The position numbers and the translations under genes were made by a program. From Planctomycetota bacterium (GTDB taxonomy: Bacteria; Planctomycetota; UBA1135; UBA2386): a stretch of DNA of 64,000 nt. The notes under the pieces are model-generated. The model worked only from the letters and a program-made list of their open reading frames with translations. It searched no databases and was not told the origin of the DNA. Position 1 is the stretch's first letter, and each line of letters begins with the position of its first letter. The stretch spans positions 2,336,001 to 2,400,000 of the forward strand of contig JBKAGP010000001.1 in assembly GCA_046290465.1 (NCBI GenBank). The letters run 5' to 3'. Positions 28,810 to 38,444 of this stretch are shown piece by piece.

Positions 28810-29763
28810 CTACCGTTCGGACTCGAACAGCTTGCTGACGCTCTCGCTGCGGTGGATGCGGTCGATCGCACGCGCGAGCAGCTGGGCCATCGAGCAGGTC
28901 TCGAGGTTCTTCAGCTTCTTCTCGGGCAGCGGGATCGTGTCGGCGAACAGGATCTTCTCGACGTCGGCGTTGTTGAGGCGCTCGACGGCATTGCCGGCCA
29001 GCACGCCGTGCGTCGCGACCAGGAACACCTTGTTGGCGCCCTTCTCCTTGACGATGCGCGCGGCGTCGACGATCGAGCCGCCGGTCGAGACCATGTCGTC
29101 GACCAGCACGATGTCGTGGCCCTCGACCTCACCGATCATGTTCTCGATGACGGTCTGCTCGCCGCTGATGCGGCGCTTGTCGATGATCGCCAGGTCGCAC
29201 TCGAGGTCCTTGGCGTAGGCCCGCGCGAGCTTGGTGCCGCCGATGTCCGGCGAGACGATCTTGATGTTCTCGGCGCCGAGCTGGCGCACGCGCTCGATCA
29301 TCACCGGCCGCGCGAACAGGTGGTCGACCGGGATGTCGAAGAAGCCCTGGATCTGCGCGGCGTGCAGGTCGACCGTGACGACGCGGTCGTAGCCGGCCGA
29401 GACCAGCATGTTGGCGACCAGCTTGGCGTTGATCGGGACGCGGCCCTCGTCCTTGCGGTCCTTGCGGGCGTAGCCGAAGTACGGGATCACCGCGGTGACC
29501 CGGTCGGCCGACGCGCGCCGCAGGCAGTCGGCGAACGACAGCAGCTCGAACAGGTTGTCGTGCACCGGCGGGCAGGTCGGCTGCACCACGAACACGTCGG
29601 CACCGCGCACGTCGCACTCGACCTTGAGGTTGATCTCGCCGTCCGGGAAGCGCGCCAGCGACGCGGCGCCCAGCGGCACCCCCATGAACGAGCAGATGTC
29701 CTGGGCCAGCTTCGGGTGGGCCGTGCCGCTGAACACACGGAGACGTTCGCCGCGCATCCTCAT
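28810..29763 (-). CDS. prs: Ribose-phosphate pyrophosphokinase
   Basis: FPDGE, PYFGYARKDRK, DLHAAQIQGFFD, VSPDIGG, DDMVSTGGS; ATGA overlap with glmU. Confidence 0.97.
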   Translation of the reverse strand: MRMRGERLRVFSGTAHPKLAQDICSFMGVPLGAASLARFPDGEINLKVECDVRGADVFVVQPTCPPVHDNLFELLSFADCLRRASADRVTAVIPYFGYARKDRKDEGRVPINAKLVANMLVSAGYDRVVTVDLHAAQIQGFFDIPVDHLFARPVMIERVRQLGAENIKIVSPDIGGTKLARAYAKDLECDLAIIDKRRISGEQTVIENMIGEVEGHDIVLVDDMVSTGGSIVDAARIVKEKGANKVFLVATHGVLAGNAVERLNNADVEKILFADTIPLPEKKLKNLETCSMAQLLARAIDRIHRSESVSKLFESER

Positions 29764-31061
29764 GCCTTCTGATCCTTCTTCGGCGGCAGCTCGCGCTGTC
29801 GCAGGTAACGGGCGGGGACGCCGAGCCACAGCTCCTTCGCCTGGATGTTGGTGCCCGGCTTGACGATGGCGCCCGCCGCAGTCATCGCGTTCTCGCCGAC
29901 CTCGACCGGCGCGCACAGCACCGTGCCGCTGCCGATGAACGCGCCGGCGCCGATCGTGGTCCGATGCTTGTGGACGCCGTCGTAGTTGGCCGTGATCGTG
30001 CCGCAACCGATGTTGGCCCGGGCGCCGACGGTGGCGTCGCCGAGATACGTCAGGTGCTTGGCCTTGGCGCCCTCGCCGAGGTGCGCCTTCTTGGCCTCGA
30101 CGAAGTTGCCGAGCGCGGCGCCGTCCTCGAGCACGGTGCCGCCGCGCAGGTGCGTGAACGGCCCGACCTCGCAGCCCTTGCCGATCCTGCAGCCCGTGCC
30201 GATCACCGTGCCGGGCAGGATCCTGGTGTCGCTGCCGATCTCGACGTCGTGGTCGATCCACGTCGCGCCCGGATCGAGGATCATCACGCCGTTGTCGAGG
30301 TGCTCCAGCAGGATGCGCTCCTGCATGATCGACTGCACCACCGCCAGGTCCGCCAGCGAGTTGACGCCCTGCACCTCGGTGATGTCGGTCGCCTCCATCG
30401 TCGGCAGGATTTCGCCCTGCGACACGAAGTCGGCGATCACGTCGGTCAGGTAGTACTCACCCTGCGCGTTGTTGGGCTGCAGGTTGGCGAGCGCCGGGCG
30501 CAGCTTCTCGCTGTCGAAGCAGTAGAAGCCGCAGTTGGTCTCGTCGATGGCGGCCTCTTCGGCCGAGCAGTCCTTCTGCTCGCGGATCCCGACGAAGTAG
30601 CCGTCGTCGTTGCGCAGAATCCGGCCGAGGCCGGTCGGGTCGTCCGGGTAGGCCGTCAGCGCCGAGCACGCCGCTTCCCCGCGCAGCTCGCGCAGCTCCT
30701 GCAGCGTCGCAGCGGTCATCAGCGGACAGTCGCCGTAGATCACGATCACGTCGCCGACGAAGTCCCTCAGCGGCTCCATGCCGACCTGGACCGCGTGGCC
30801 GGTGCCCTTGGGCGCGCCCTGGTCGACGAACGTCAGGCCGGCGAACCGCCCGGCCAGCGCCCCCTCGAGCGACGCCTGCACCTTCTCCATCTGGTTGTGC
30901 AGCACGACCACGGTGCGGTCGGGCTTCAGCTCCGCGGCGGCGACCAGCGCCGACTCGGCGAGCGTGCGCCCGCACAGCGGCAGCAACACCTTGGGCATGC
31001 TGACCTTGGTGCGCTTGCCCATGCCGGCGGCCAGGCAGATCACAGCGAGCGGTCGCGACAT
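29760..31061 (-). CDS. glmU: Bifunctional UDP-GlcNAc pyrophosphorylase / GlcN-1-P acetyltransferase
   Basis: LAAGMGKR..PKVL, GTGHAV, NNAQGEYYLTD, GNFVEAK, HLTYLGDA, NYDGVHK. Confidence 0.95.
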   Translation of the reverse strand: MSRPLAVICLAAGMGKRTKVSMPKVLLPLCGRTLAESALVAAAELKPDRTVVVLHNQMEKVQASLEGALAGRFAGLTFVDQGAPKGTGHAVQVGMEPLRDFVGDVIVIYGDCPLMTAATLQELRELRGEAACSALTAYPDDPTGLGRILRNDDGYFVGIREQKDCSAEEAAIDETNCGFYCFDSEKLRPALANLQPNNAQGEYYLTDVIADFVSQGEILPTMEATDITEVQGVNSLADLAVVQSIMQERILLEHLDNGVMILDPGATWIDHDVEIGSDTRILPGTVIGTGCRIGKGCEVGPFTHLRGGTVLEDGAALGNFVEAKKAHLGEGAKAKHLTYLGDATVGARANIGCGTITANYDGVHKHRTTIGAGAFIGSGTVLCAPVEVGENAMTAAGAIVKPGTNIQAKELWLGVPARYLRQRELPPKKDQKA

Positions 31062-31269
31062 CGGGGCGGTTCGGAGGAGGATCGGCGAAGAGAAACGGGG
31101 CGAGGATTGTGCGGATCCGCCCCTGGGCGGTCAAGACCGGAGAAGGACCGACGGCCCGATCGTCGCCCCTGGCCGCCCCGATCGACGCCCCACGAACCCG
31201 ATCGCGACGCTACGCTGGCTGCGCGCTCCTCCCCCGGGCGCTCGCCACCTGGAACGGAAGGAGATCCAG

Positions 31270-34200
31270 ATGCCCGCACACCATGCCTCGCCCCCGCCCT
31301 CGCGGGTCTCGCCCCCCCTGGTCTCGCCCACGCTGGTCTCGCCCACCCTGGTCTCGCTGATCCTGGTCTCTCTCATCGTGGCGATCGGGAGCGCCGCACT
31401 GCCCGCCCAGTGCGATCCCGACTGGCAACTCGACCACGGCCTGCCCGGCGCCGACGGCCCCGTGCACGCGGCGGTCCGCTGGGATCCCGACGGCCCCGGC
31501 CCGCAGCCCGAACGCGTCGTGTTCGGTGGCGCGTTCTCGTTCGCCGGGCGCGCCGAGGCGGCCAACCTGGTCGCGTGGAACCCCAACACGTCGGAGTGGA
31601 CCGAGCTCGCCGGCGGCGTCGACGGCGAGGTGCGCTGCCTGCTGGTGCTCAGCTCGGGCGAACTCGCCGTGGGCGGCACCTTCACAGCGGTCGGCGGCCA
31701 GCCGGCCGGCAACGTCGCGACCACCGACGGCAGCGGCTGGTCGACGCTCGGCGGCGGCACCGACGGCCTGGTGATGGCGCTGGCCGAGACCGCCTCGGCG
31801 GGGCTCGCGGTCGGCGGCCAGTTCGCGACGGCGGGCGGCGTGCCCGCCGCCAACGTCGCCACCTGGAACGGCACTTCGTTCACAGCGCTAGGCAGCGGCA
31901 TCACCGGCCACGTGCGCGCGCTGCAGCGGACCGGCAACGGCCTGCTCGTCGGCGGCTCGTTCCAGTGGGCCGGCGGCATCCAGACCGGCCCGATCGCGCG
32001 TTGGGACGGCGCGATCTTCCATCCCGTCGGCACGTCGGCGACGTTCACGCTGGCGGTCCGCGCGATGCTGGCCCGCAGCAACGGCGACCTGCTGATCGCC
32101 GGCGGCGGCAGCGCGCCGGTGATGCGCTGGAACGGCAGCAACTGGAGCACGCTCGGATCCGGGCTCGGCCAGCGGCCCGAACGGCTGATCGAGACCTCGA
32201 CCGGCGCGGTGTTCGCCGGCGGCACGACCAACGTGCAGCCGTTCGTCGGTCAGGTTGCGGAGCTGATCGGCAGCAGCTGGACCACCCGCGGCACCGCGCT
32301 CGACCAGGACGTGTTCGACCTGCTGGAGCTCGCCGACGGCCGCATCGCGGCGTGCGGCGGGTTCGCCGTGCTCGACGCGGCGGCGTGCGCGCGCATCGGC
32401 GCCTGGGACGGCCAGGGATGGGCACCGGTGACGACCGGCTGCGAGGGCGTGATCATGTCGATCACGCAGCTCTCGGACGGCAGCGTCGTCGTCGGCGGCA
32501 GCTTCCGGCACATCGGCGACCTGCAGACCCACGGCATCGCGCGCTTCGACGGCGCCAGCTGGCAACCGCTCGGCAGCGGCGTGTTCGGCAACGTCGCCGA
32601 CGTCGCCGAGGCCCCCAACGGCGACCTCTACGTGGCCGGCTACTTCGGCGAGGCGGGCGGCGTGGCCTGCAACAGCGTGGCGCGCTGGGACGGCACGGCC
32701 TGGCACGCGATCGGCGGCGGCGTGCCGTTCGGCATCCTGCAGACGATCGCCCTGCAGCAGAACGGCCTGCCGATCGTCGGCGGCGCCGTGGCCGGCGGCG
32801 CCCACATCCAGCGCTTCGACGGCAGCGCCTGGGTGCCGCTCGGCGCCGGCACGTCCGGCACCGTCTACGACATCGCGATCGCGCCCAACGGCGACGTGAT
32901 CGCCGGCGGCCAGTTCGTGTTCGCCGGTGGCCAGGTGGTCCAGAACATCGCGCGCTGGAACGGCAGCTGGTCGGCGTTCGGCACCGGCCTGACCGGCCCG
33001 GTCTACGACCTCGACCTGATCGACGGCAGCGTGCTCTACGCGACCGGCCTCTTCGACCTGTTCACGCCGACGGCGCACGGCCTCGAGCTGTGGGACGGCA
33101 GCAGCTGGACCGCCATCCCGGGGATCGGCATCGCGTCCGACACCACGGTGGCGCCCAATGGCGATCTGCTGGTCCACGTCAGCAGCACGCGCAGCATCGT
33201 GCGCTGGGACGGCGTCGGCCCGACGACGATCGCCGGCTACAACATCCCGGGCATCTCGGGCAGCGTCGCGGCACTCGCGTTCGTCGACGACACGCTGTTC
33301 GTCGGCGGCCGGATGAGCACCGAGGTCGCCGGCTTCCACAACTTCGCGCTCGGTCGGCTGGGCACGCCGTGCCCGCCCATCTCGTTCGACATCGGCGGCG
33401 GCTGCAGCGGCCACCAGCTGCAGGTCGACGCGCCGTGGGCCGGCCAGGCCGTGATCGAGAACGGCTCGGGCCTGCCGCCCGCCACGCTGGTCGTCGTCGC
33501 CCGCGGCCTGACCGCCACCAACGTGCCGCTGCCGAACGTGCTGCCACAGGGCCAGGCCGGCTGCACGCTGCGGGTCGGCAACGCGCTGCTCGAGCCGACC
33601 CTCTCGTCGACCACCGGCACCACCAGCACCTCGTGGCAGCTGCCCAACGACCCGGCGCTCGGCGGGGTGCAGGTGTTCGCGCAGCTGGTGACGCTGCCGA
33701 TCGCCGGCGGCGCGCTGGGCCCGGTCGCGGCGAGCAACGCGGTCGAGCTGCGGGTCGGGGCGTTCTCGGGCACGGGGCGTTCTACGGGCACGGGGCGTTC
33801 AGGGGCACGGGGCGTTCAGGGGCACGGGGCGCTAAGAGACACCGGGCGCGCCGGTCCGGCCCGCGGCAGCCGGACCCGGAGGGTGGTATGCTCGCCACTA
33901 CTCTGCAATGCAAAGCCCATCGACAGCCGCCCGCCGCACGTCCACCGCGCTCGCCATCCTGGCGTGGGGCGTGCTCCCCCTGCTCGGCCTGTGCGCGGAG
34001 ATCGCGACCGGCATGCTCAGCAGCGAACTGCCGCTGTTCCCGTCGCTGGGCTGGATCGCGGCCGTCGTGCTGGCGGTGTTCGCAAACCTCGCGCTGCACG
34101 CCGACGCCACCAGCAACCGGCTGCCGCTGCTGGCGTCGGCGTTGCTGCACGCGTTCGTGCTCGGCATGGCGGTGCTCTACGCCGCTGCGGAGCTGCCGGC

Positions 34201-34500
34201 GATCCTGGTCATCGTGATGCTGATCCCGGTCGGCTTCGGCGCACTCGCGGCCGCGCCGTTCCTGACGCTGCTCGGCATGGTGCGGCTGCTGCCGCGGCTG
34301 GCGCGTCGCTGGTCCGAAGCCGGCGGCACACCGGCCAACCTGGTGCTGCTGCTGCTCGCCGGCACCGGCGCACCGGCGGCGATCTGCACGTTCGGAGTCG
34401 TCGAGCGCAACCAGGTGCATCGCTGCATGCAGGAGCTCGCCGCGAGCCTCGACGGCGGGAGCTTCGACCGACAAGAACGGCTGGCCGCGCAGCTGCGTGA
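31270..34500 (+). CDS. Secreted beta-propeller repeat protein with conserved C-terminal domain; natural end near 33765, ORF reads through a tandem repeat into the next gene
   Basis: AAGGAG RBS; signal peptide ending LPAQC; about 11 repeats of GG.F...(A)RWDG..W..LG.G; tail GGGC...GCTL...FAQ...ASNAVELRVGAF. Confidence 0.8.
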   Translation: MPAHHASPPPSRVSPPLVSPTLVSPTLVSLILVSLIVAIGSAALPAQCDPDWQLDHGLPGADGPVHAAVRWDPDGPGPQPERVVFGGAFSFAGRAEAANLVAWNPNTSEWTELAGGVDGEVRCLLVLSSGELAVGGTFTAVGGQPAGNVATTDGSGWSTLGGGTDGLVMALAETASAGLAVGGQFATAGGVPAANVATWNGTSFTALGSGITGHVRALQRTGNGLLVGGSFQWAGGIQTGPIARWDGAIFHPVGTSATFTLAVRAMLARSNGDLLIAGGGSAPVMRWNGSNWSTLGSGLGQRPERLIETSTGAVFAGGTTNVQPFVGQVAELIGSSWTTRGTALDQDVFDLLELADGRIAACGGFAVLDAAACARIGAWDGQGWAPVTTGCEGVIMSITQLSDGSVVVGGSFRHIGDLQTHGIARFDGASWQPLGSGVFGNVADVAEAPNGDLYVAGYFGEAGGVACNSVARWDGTAWHAIGGGVPFGILQTIALQQNGLPIVGGAVAGGAHIQRFDGSAWVPLGAGTSGTVYDIAIAPNGDVIAGGQFVFAGGQVVQNIARWNGSWSAFGTGLTGPVYDLDLIDGSVLYATGLFDLFTPTAHGLELWDGSSWTAIPGIGIASDTTVAPNGDLLVHVSSTRSIVRWDGVGPTTIAGYNIPGISGSVAALAFVDDTLFVGGRMSTEVAGFHNFALGRLGTPCPPISFDIGGGCSGHQLQVDAPWAGQAVIENGSGLPPATLVVVARGLTATNVPLPNVLPQGQAGCTLRVGNALLEPTLSSTTGTTSTSWQLPNDPALGGVQVFAQLVTLPIAGGALGPVAASNAVELRVGAFSGTGRSTGTGRSGARGVQGHGALRDTGRAGPARGSRTRRVVCSPLLCNAKPIDSRPPHVHRARHPGVGRAPPARPVRGDRDRHAQQRTAAVPVAGLDRGRRAGGVRKPRAARRRHQQPAAAAGVGVAARVRARHGGALRRCGAAGDPGHRDADPGRLRRTRGRAVPDAARHGAAAAAAGASLVRSRRHTGQPGAAAARRHRRTGGDLHVRSRRAQPGASLHAGARREPRRRELRPTRTAGRAAA
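33757..33842. repeat. 17/18-bp tandem repeat GGGGCGTTC(N)GGGCAC, 5 copies
   Basis: Units at 33757, 33774, 33792, 33809 and 33826. Confidence 0.9.
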
Positions 34501-36232
34501 GCTGGATCTTGCCTGGCAGCTGCACCTCGTGCGGATGGGCACGACGCTCGCGCTGCCGTGGTCCGACCACCCAGGTGCGGCGCACCTCGCCGACGGCAGG
34601 CCGTTCTGGTTCGTGCAACGCCTCTGCCTGTACGATCTGTCCCAACGCGACGCCGCCGACGCGTTCTACCGCGCGCACGGCCGCTCGGGGCTCGAACCGC
34701 AGCCGGGCGGCCGGGACCGGCAGGTCCGTTCGCGGTCGCTGCACTGGCACACGAGCGAGTTCGAAGCGCACGTCGAGCCGGCCGCCGGGGTCGCGCGCGT
34801 CGACTGGCTGCTCGAGGTGCACGCCTCGTCGATGGTGTTCCAGGAGGCCCGCTTCGATCTGCGGCTGCCGTTCGGGGCCGTGGCTTCGTCGCTGTCGATG
34901 TCGATCGAAGGCGAAGAACGGCCCGCCGCGTTCGCCGGGGCGGGCGAGGTGCGCAAGGCCTACGAGCAGGTCGTCGCGACCCGCCGCGATCCGGCGTTGC
35001 TGACCGAGACCGACCCGGGGCAGCTGCAGCTGCTGGTGTTCCCGGTGGCGCGCCAGCTGCCGCCGGCACGGGTGCGGGTGTCGTTCACGGTGCCGATCGC
35101 GACCACGGGCGAACACGGCCTGCTGTCGCTGCCGGACATCGCCGCGCACAACTGCAATGGCAGCACGCCGGCGGCGCACCACCTGACCGTGGTGACCGGG
35201 GATCGCCGGGAGTCGCACACGGTGCCGATCGACGCGCCGCCGCCCGAACTGCGCACCGCGCGGCCGGACGCGGTGACGTTCACCGAGGATGCCGACGGGG
35301 TGCTCACGCAGACCGTGCGCTCGGCCCCGACGTCGACCCGCACGCAAGACGCCCCGCTGCTGGTCGTGGTCGAGGCCTCGGCGTCGGTCGCGCGACTCGG
35401 GCGCGACCTCGGAGCACTGTTCGAAGGCCTCGCGACCGGCCAGCCGTGCTCGGTGTTCGTCGCCTGTGGCGGCACCCACTTCGAGCGCGTCGACGGCGAG
35501 GTCGGTGCGCCGTCGTTCGGAGCCGCGCTGGCGCGGATCCCGTGCCGCGGCGGCTGCGATCCGGCCAGGGCCCTGCAGGCGGCCCTGCAGGACGCCGAGC
35601 AGCATGCCAAGGCGACCGGCACGGGCGAGGTGCTCTGGCTGCAAGGCGCCGTGCCGCGACGCCTGGAGGACCTGGTGCCGACCGTGCCCGAGAACGTCCG
35701 CATCGAGGCCTATGCGCTGGCGTCCGGCGGCAACGCGCTGGCGGACGAGCCGACGCTGGCGGCGGCCATCGAGCGCCAGTGGTGCGGCGCGGTCACCGCG
35801 CGCCAGGCGAGCGAGGTGATCGCCAACACCGCACCGCGCCACGGTGATGGCCTGCGGGTCGGCGACAGCGAGCGACGGTTCGCGCGCTCCGAGGCGGCGC
35901 CGCCGGGCGCCGTTCGCGTGTCCGACCAGCTCGCGCGGCTGTGGGCCGGGTGGCGCGCCAGGGACCTGCTGCGCACCGGCGTGCCGGTCGACGCCGCCGA
36001 TCTGGCCAGCCGCTATCGCGTCGCCACCGCCGGCGTCGGCGCCGTCGTTCTCGAGAACCAGCGACAGTACGAGCAGCACGCGCTCGACCCTGGCGCCGCG
36101 ATCGGTCGCGAGCCCGAAGGCGTCGTCGGCGGCGGCCCGGTGCCCGAACCGACCACGATCCTGCTGCTCGGATCCGGCCTGCTGGCGCTGCTGTGGGCCC
36201 ACCGGCGGCGGCAGCGACCGGCCGCCGGATGA
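33908..36232 (+). CDS. Polytopic membrane protein with VIT domain and C-terminal PEP-CTERM sorting signal
   Basis: About 5 N-terminal TM helices; QEARFDLRLPFGAVASSLSMSIEGEERPAAF...AYEQVVATRRDPALL; terminal VPEPTTILLLGSGLLALLWAHRRRQR. Confidence 0.85.
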   Translation: MQSPSTAARRTSTALAILAWGVLPLLGLCAEIATGMLSSELPLFPSLGWIAAVVLAVFANLALHADATSNRLPLLASALLHAFVLGMAVLYAAAELPAILVIVMLIPVGFGALAAAPFLTLLGMVRLLPRLARRWSEAGGTPANLVLLLLAGTGAPAAICTFGVVERNQVHRCMQELAASLDGGSFDRQERLAAQLRELDLAWQLHLVRMGTTLALPWSDHPGAAHLADGRPFWFVQRLCLYDLSQRDAADAFYRAHGRSGLEPQPGGRDRQVRSRSLHWHTSEFEAHVEPAAGVARVDWLLEVHASSMVFQEARFDLRLPFGAVASSLSMSIEGEERPAAFAGAGEVRKAYEQVVATRRDPALLTETDPGQLQLLVFPVARQLPPARVRVSFTVPIATTGEHGLLSLPDIAAHNCNGSTPAAHHLTVVTGDRRESHTVPIDAPPPELRTARPDAVTFTEDADGVLTQTVRSAPTSTRTQDAPLLVVVEASASVARLGRDLGALFEGLATGQPCSVFVACGGTHFERVDGEVGAPSFGAALARIPCRGGCDPARALQAALQDAEQHAKATGTGEVLWLQGAVPRRLEDLVPTVPENVRIEAYALASGGNALADEPTLAAAIERQWCGAVTARQASEVIANTAPRHGDGLRVGDSERRFARSEAAPPGAVRVSDQLARLWAGWRARDLLRTGVPVDAADLASRYRVATAGVGAVVLENQRQYEQHALDPGAAIGREPEGVVGGGPVPEPTTILLLGSGLLALLWAHRRRQRPAAG

Positions 36233-36314
36233 GGCGGCGGCGGCGCGCCAGCGGCTCACCACCGCGGGGCGGCGGCCGCGGCCGGCGGATCTGCGCCGTC
36301 CGGCGCAGCTCCGA

Positions 36315-38231
36315 TCAGAACTGCTCGAGTTCGCAGTTGGTGCGGAACCAGCCGCTGACGGCGTCGAAGCCGACCGCCTGGAAGCTCATCTGCTGGCCGA
36401 CCAGCAGCCAGTTCGGGATGTTGGTGTAGAGCCAGGTCTTGCCCGGGGTGCCGATCGCGCCGGTGCCCGAGAACGAGACGCCACCGAACGCGCCGGTGCC
36501 GTCTTCGAGCACGAGCGTCAGCGCGTAGCCCGGATCGGTGCAGATCGGACCGATCGGCGACGGCAGCGTCGGCGAACCGGGGTACGACATGAACACGATG
36601 TACGGGACCTGACCCGACGGCGCCGCGGTCTGGTTGACCGTGTTGAGCACCAGCAGCGTCGTGGTCGGGCCGACCACGCCGGTGGCCGACAGCTTGCGGG
36701 CGAACAGCGAGAACTCGCCGTTGCTCTGCGAACCGGGCGTGCTGGCGGTGACCGTCAGCGCGCCGCCGGCCGTGCCGTCGGCCGTGACCGTCGTCTGCGC
36801 GAAGCCGTTGCTGTCGGCGATGACCGGGTTGGTCGTCGACAGCGAGTGGCCGCCGGTCACCGAGAAGTTGACCGTGCCGCCCGGCAGCGGGTTGTTGTTG
36901 GTGTCGAGGACCTGCACCTCGATCGGCTGCGGGAACGTCTCGCCGTGCGGGCCGATCTGGTCGTCACCGCTGACGGCGACGACGCTGTTGGTCGGGCCGA
37001 GCGCGCGGATCCGGCGCAGGCTGCCACCAGACGTCGCGTAGGTGCCGGGGTGCTGCGTGAAGTAGATCGCGCCGTCCGGGCCCATGCGCATCGCGGTGGT
37101 CGCGACGAAGCCGTTGCCCCACGACGAGGCGTTCGGCTGGCCGGGCACCTGCGGCGCGGGCGCCCACGTGCCGTTGGTGTTCTTGATGCGGCGCAGCTGG
37201 CCGGCGAAGTAGTCGAGGTAGAACGCGTCGCCCTCGTAGCCGGTGCCGAAGTCGAAGTTCGTGCCGCCGTTGCGGTAGACGGGGCCGCCGATGATCGAGT
37301 TCCACGCGCCCGACGACTCGGCCGCGATCGGGTTGACCGACGACGGCGCGCCGCCGCCACAGCTCGAGTAGTTGCCGAGGCCTTCGCGCCACGGCCAGCC
37401 GAAGTTGACCAGCTGCAGGTTGCCCGACTGGTAGACGTACTCGCTGTACTCCTCCTGCGAGACCTGGCCGACGTCGCCGATGTAGCAGTTGCCGGTGACC
37501 TGGTCGACCTCCATGCGGAACGGGTTGCGCAGGCCGTTGGCGATCACCAGGCGGCTCCAGTTGTTGACGCCGCTGTTCGGGTTGTTGCCCGGATCGATGG
37601 TCGCGTAGCTGGGCTCCGAGTTGCTCGGGCCGGCCGGCAGCGCCGCGACGTTCATGCGCAGCAGGCAGCCGCTCTTGGACGTCAGGCTCTGCGCCGTGCA
37701 CTGCACCGCGTCGTCCCCGATCGACAGGTAGAGCATGCCGTCGGGACCGAAGCGAGCCGCACCGCCGTTGTGGTTGAAGTTCGAGTCGGGCGACGAGTTG
37801 ATGATCACGCGACGCGACGCCGTCGAGAACGACAGGTTGGTGCTCGCCGCGTTCGCGAGGTCGCCGGTGCAGGTCAGACGATCCAGGTGCATGAAGCTGT
37901 CCTGGGTGCTCGACCACCACACGTAGATGTAGCCGTTGGTCGCGAAGTTCGGGTCGGCCTCGATGCTGAGCAGGCCGCGCTCGCTGCCGGTCTCGACGCT
38001 GCTGACCGTGCCGATCTGCTGCAGGCCGACGCCGTCGGCGTAGACGTGCACGGCACCGCCGCGGTTGGCGATCAGGATCCGGCCGTCGGCCAGGAACGTG
38101 AAGTCGTGGCAGGCCTGCAGGCCCGACGACACCAGCGTGTCGACGACGAAGTTGGTCGGGACGTTCTGCGCGCACGCGGTCGTGGCGATGGCCAGACCGG
38201 TAGCCGCGGAGAGAAGAGCAGTTCGAAGCAT
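36315..38231 (-). CDS. Secreted PQQ-dependent sugar dehydrogenase (GSDH)-like protein with Ig-like (Big_1) and C-terminal domains
   Basis: Signal peptide ending ACAQ; ERGLLSI..DPNF, NHNGG..FGPDGMLY, GLRNPFR, NFGWP; SGDDQ..PQPIEVQVLD..NNPLPG. Confidence 0.85.
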   Translation of the reverse strand: MLRTALLSAATGLAIATTACAQNVPTNFVVDTLVSSGLQACHDFTFLADGRILIANRGGAVHVYADGVGLQQIGTVSSVETGSERGLLSIEADPNFATNGYIYVWWSSTQDSFMHLDRLTCTGDLANAASTNLSFSTASRRVIINSSPDSNFNHNGGAARFGPDGMLYLSIGDDAVQCTAQSLTSKSGCLLRMNVAALPAGPSNSEPSYATIDPGNNPNSGVNNWSRLVIANGLRNPFRMEVDQVTGNCYIGDVGQVSQEEYSEYVYQSGNLQLVNFGWPWREGLGNYSSCGGGAPSSVNPIAAESSGAWNSIIGGPVYRNGGTNFDFGTGYEGDAFYLDYFAGQLRRIKNTNGTWAPAPQVPGQPNASSWGNGFVATTAMRMGPDGAIYFTQHPGTYATSGGSLRRIRALGPTNSVVAVSGDDQIGPHGETFPQPIEVQVLDTNNNPLPGGTVNFSVTGGHSLSTTNPVIADSNGFAQTTVTADGTAGGALTVTASTPGSQSNGEFSLFARKLSATGVVGPTTTLLVLNTVNQTAAPSGQVPYIVFMSYPGSPTLPSPIGPICTDPGYALTLVLEDGTGAFGGVSFSGTGAIGTPGKTWLYTNIPNWLLVGQQMSFQAVGFDAVSGWFRTNCELEQF

Positions 38232-38444
38232 GATGGAAAGGACCTCTACCGGTGATGGGGAGCGCCGCCAGGGCGAGCGTCGGCGCGGTAGGCAGGTCGC
38301 AGAAGTGTAGCGGCCGGACCGCAGCTTGGCAGCGGGGAACTGCGCCCTGTGGCCCGGTCGGGCGTAAGGCCACGGCCGTCGCGTCGGGCCGTTCGCCGAT
38401 CGGTCAAGCCGGCTGCGCGCGGGTGCCGATCGATCCCCCACGGC

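Noticed and set aside
33766..33768. Alternative genetic code with TCG as stop
   Set aside because: TCG is used abundantly as Ser inside conserved genes, and TAA, TAG and TGA all terminate genes normally
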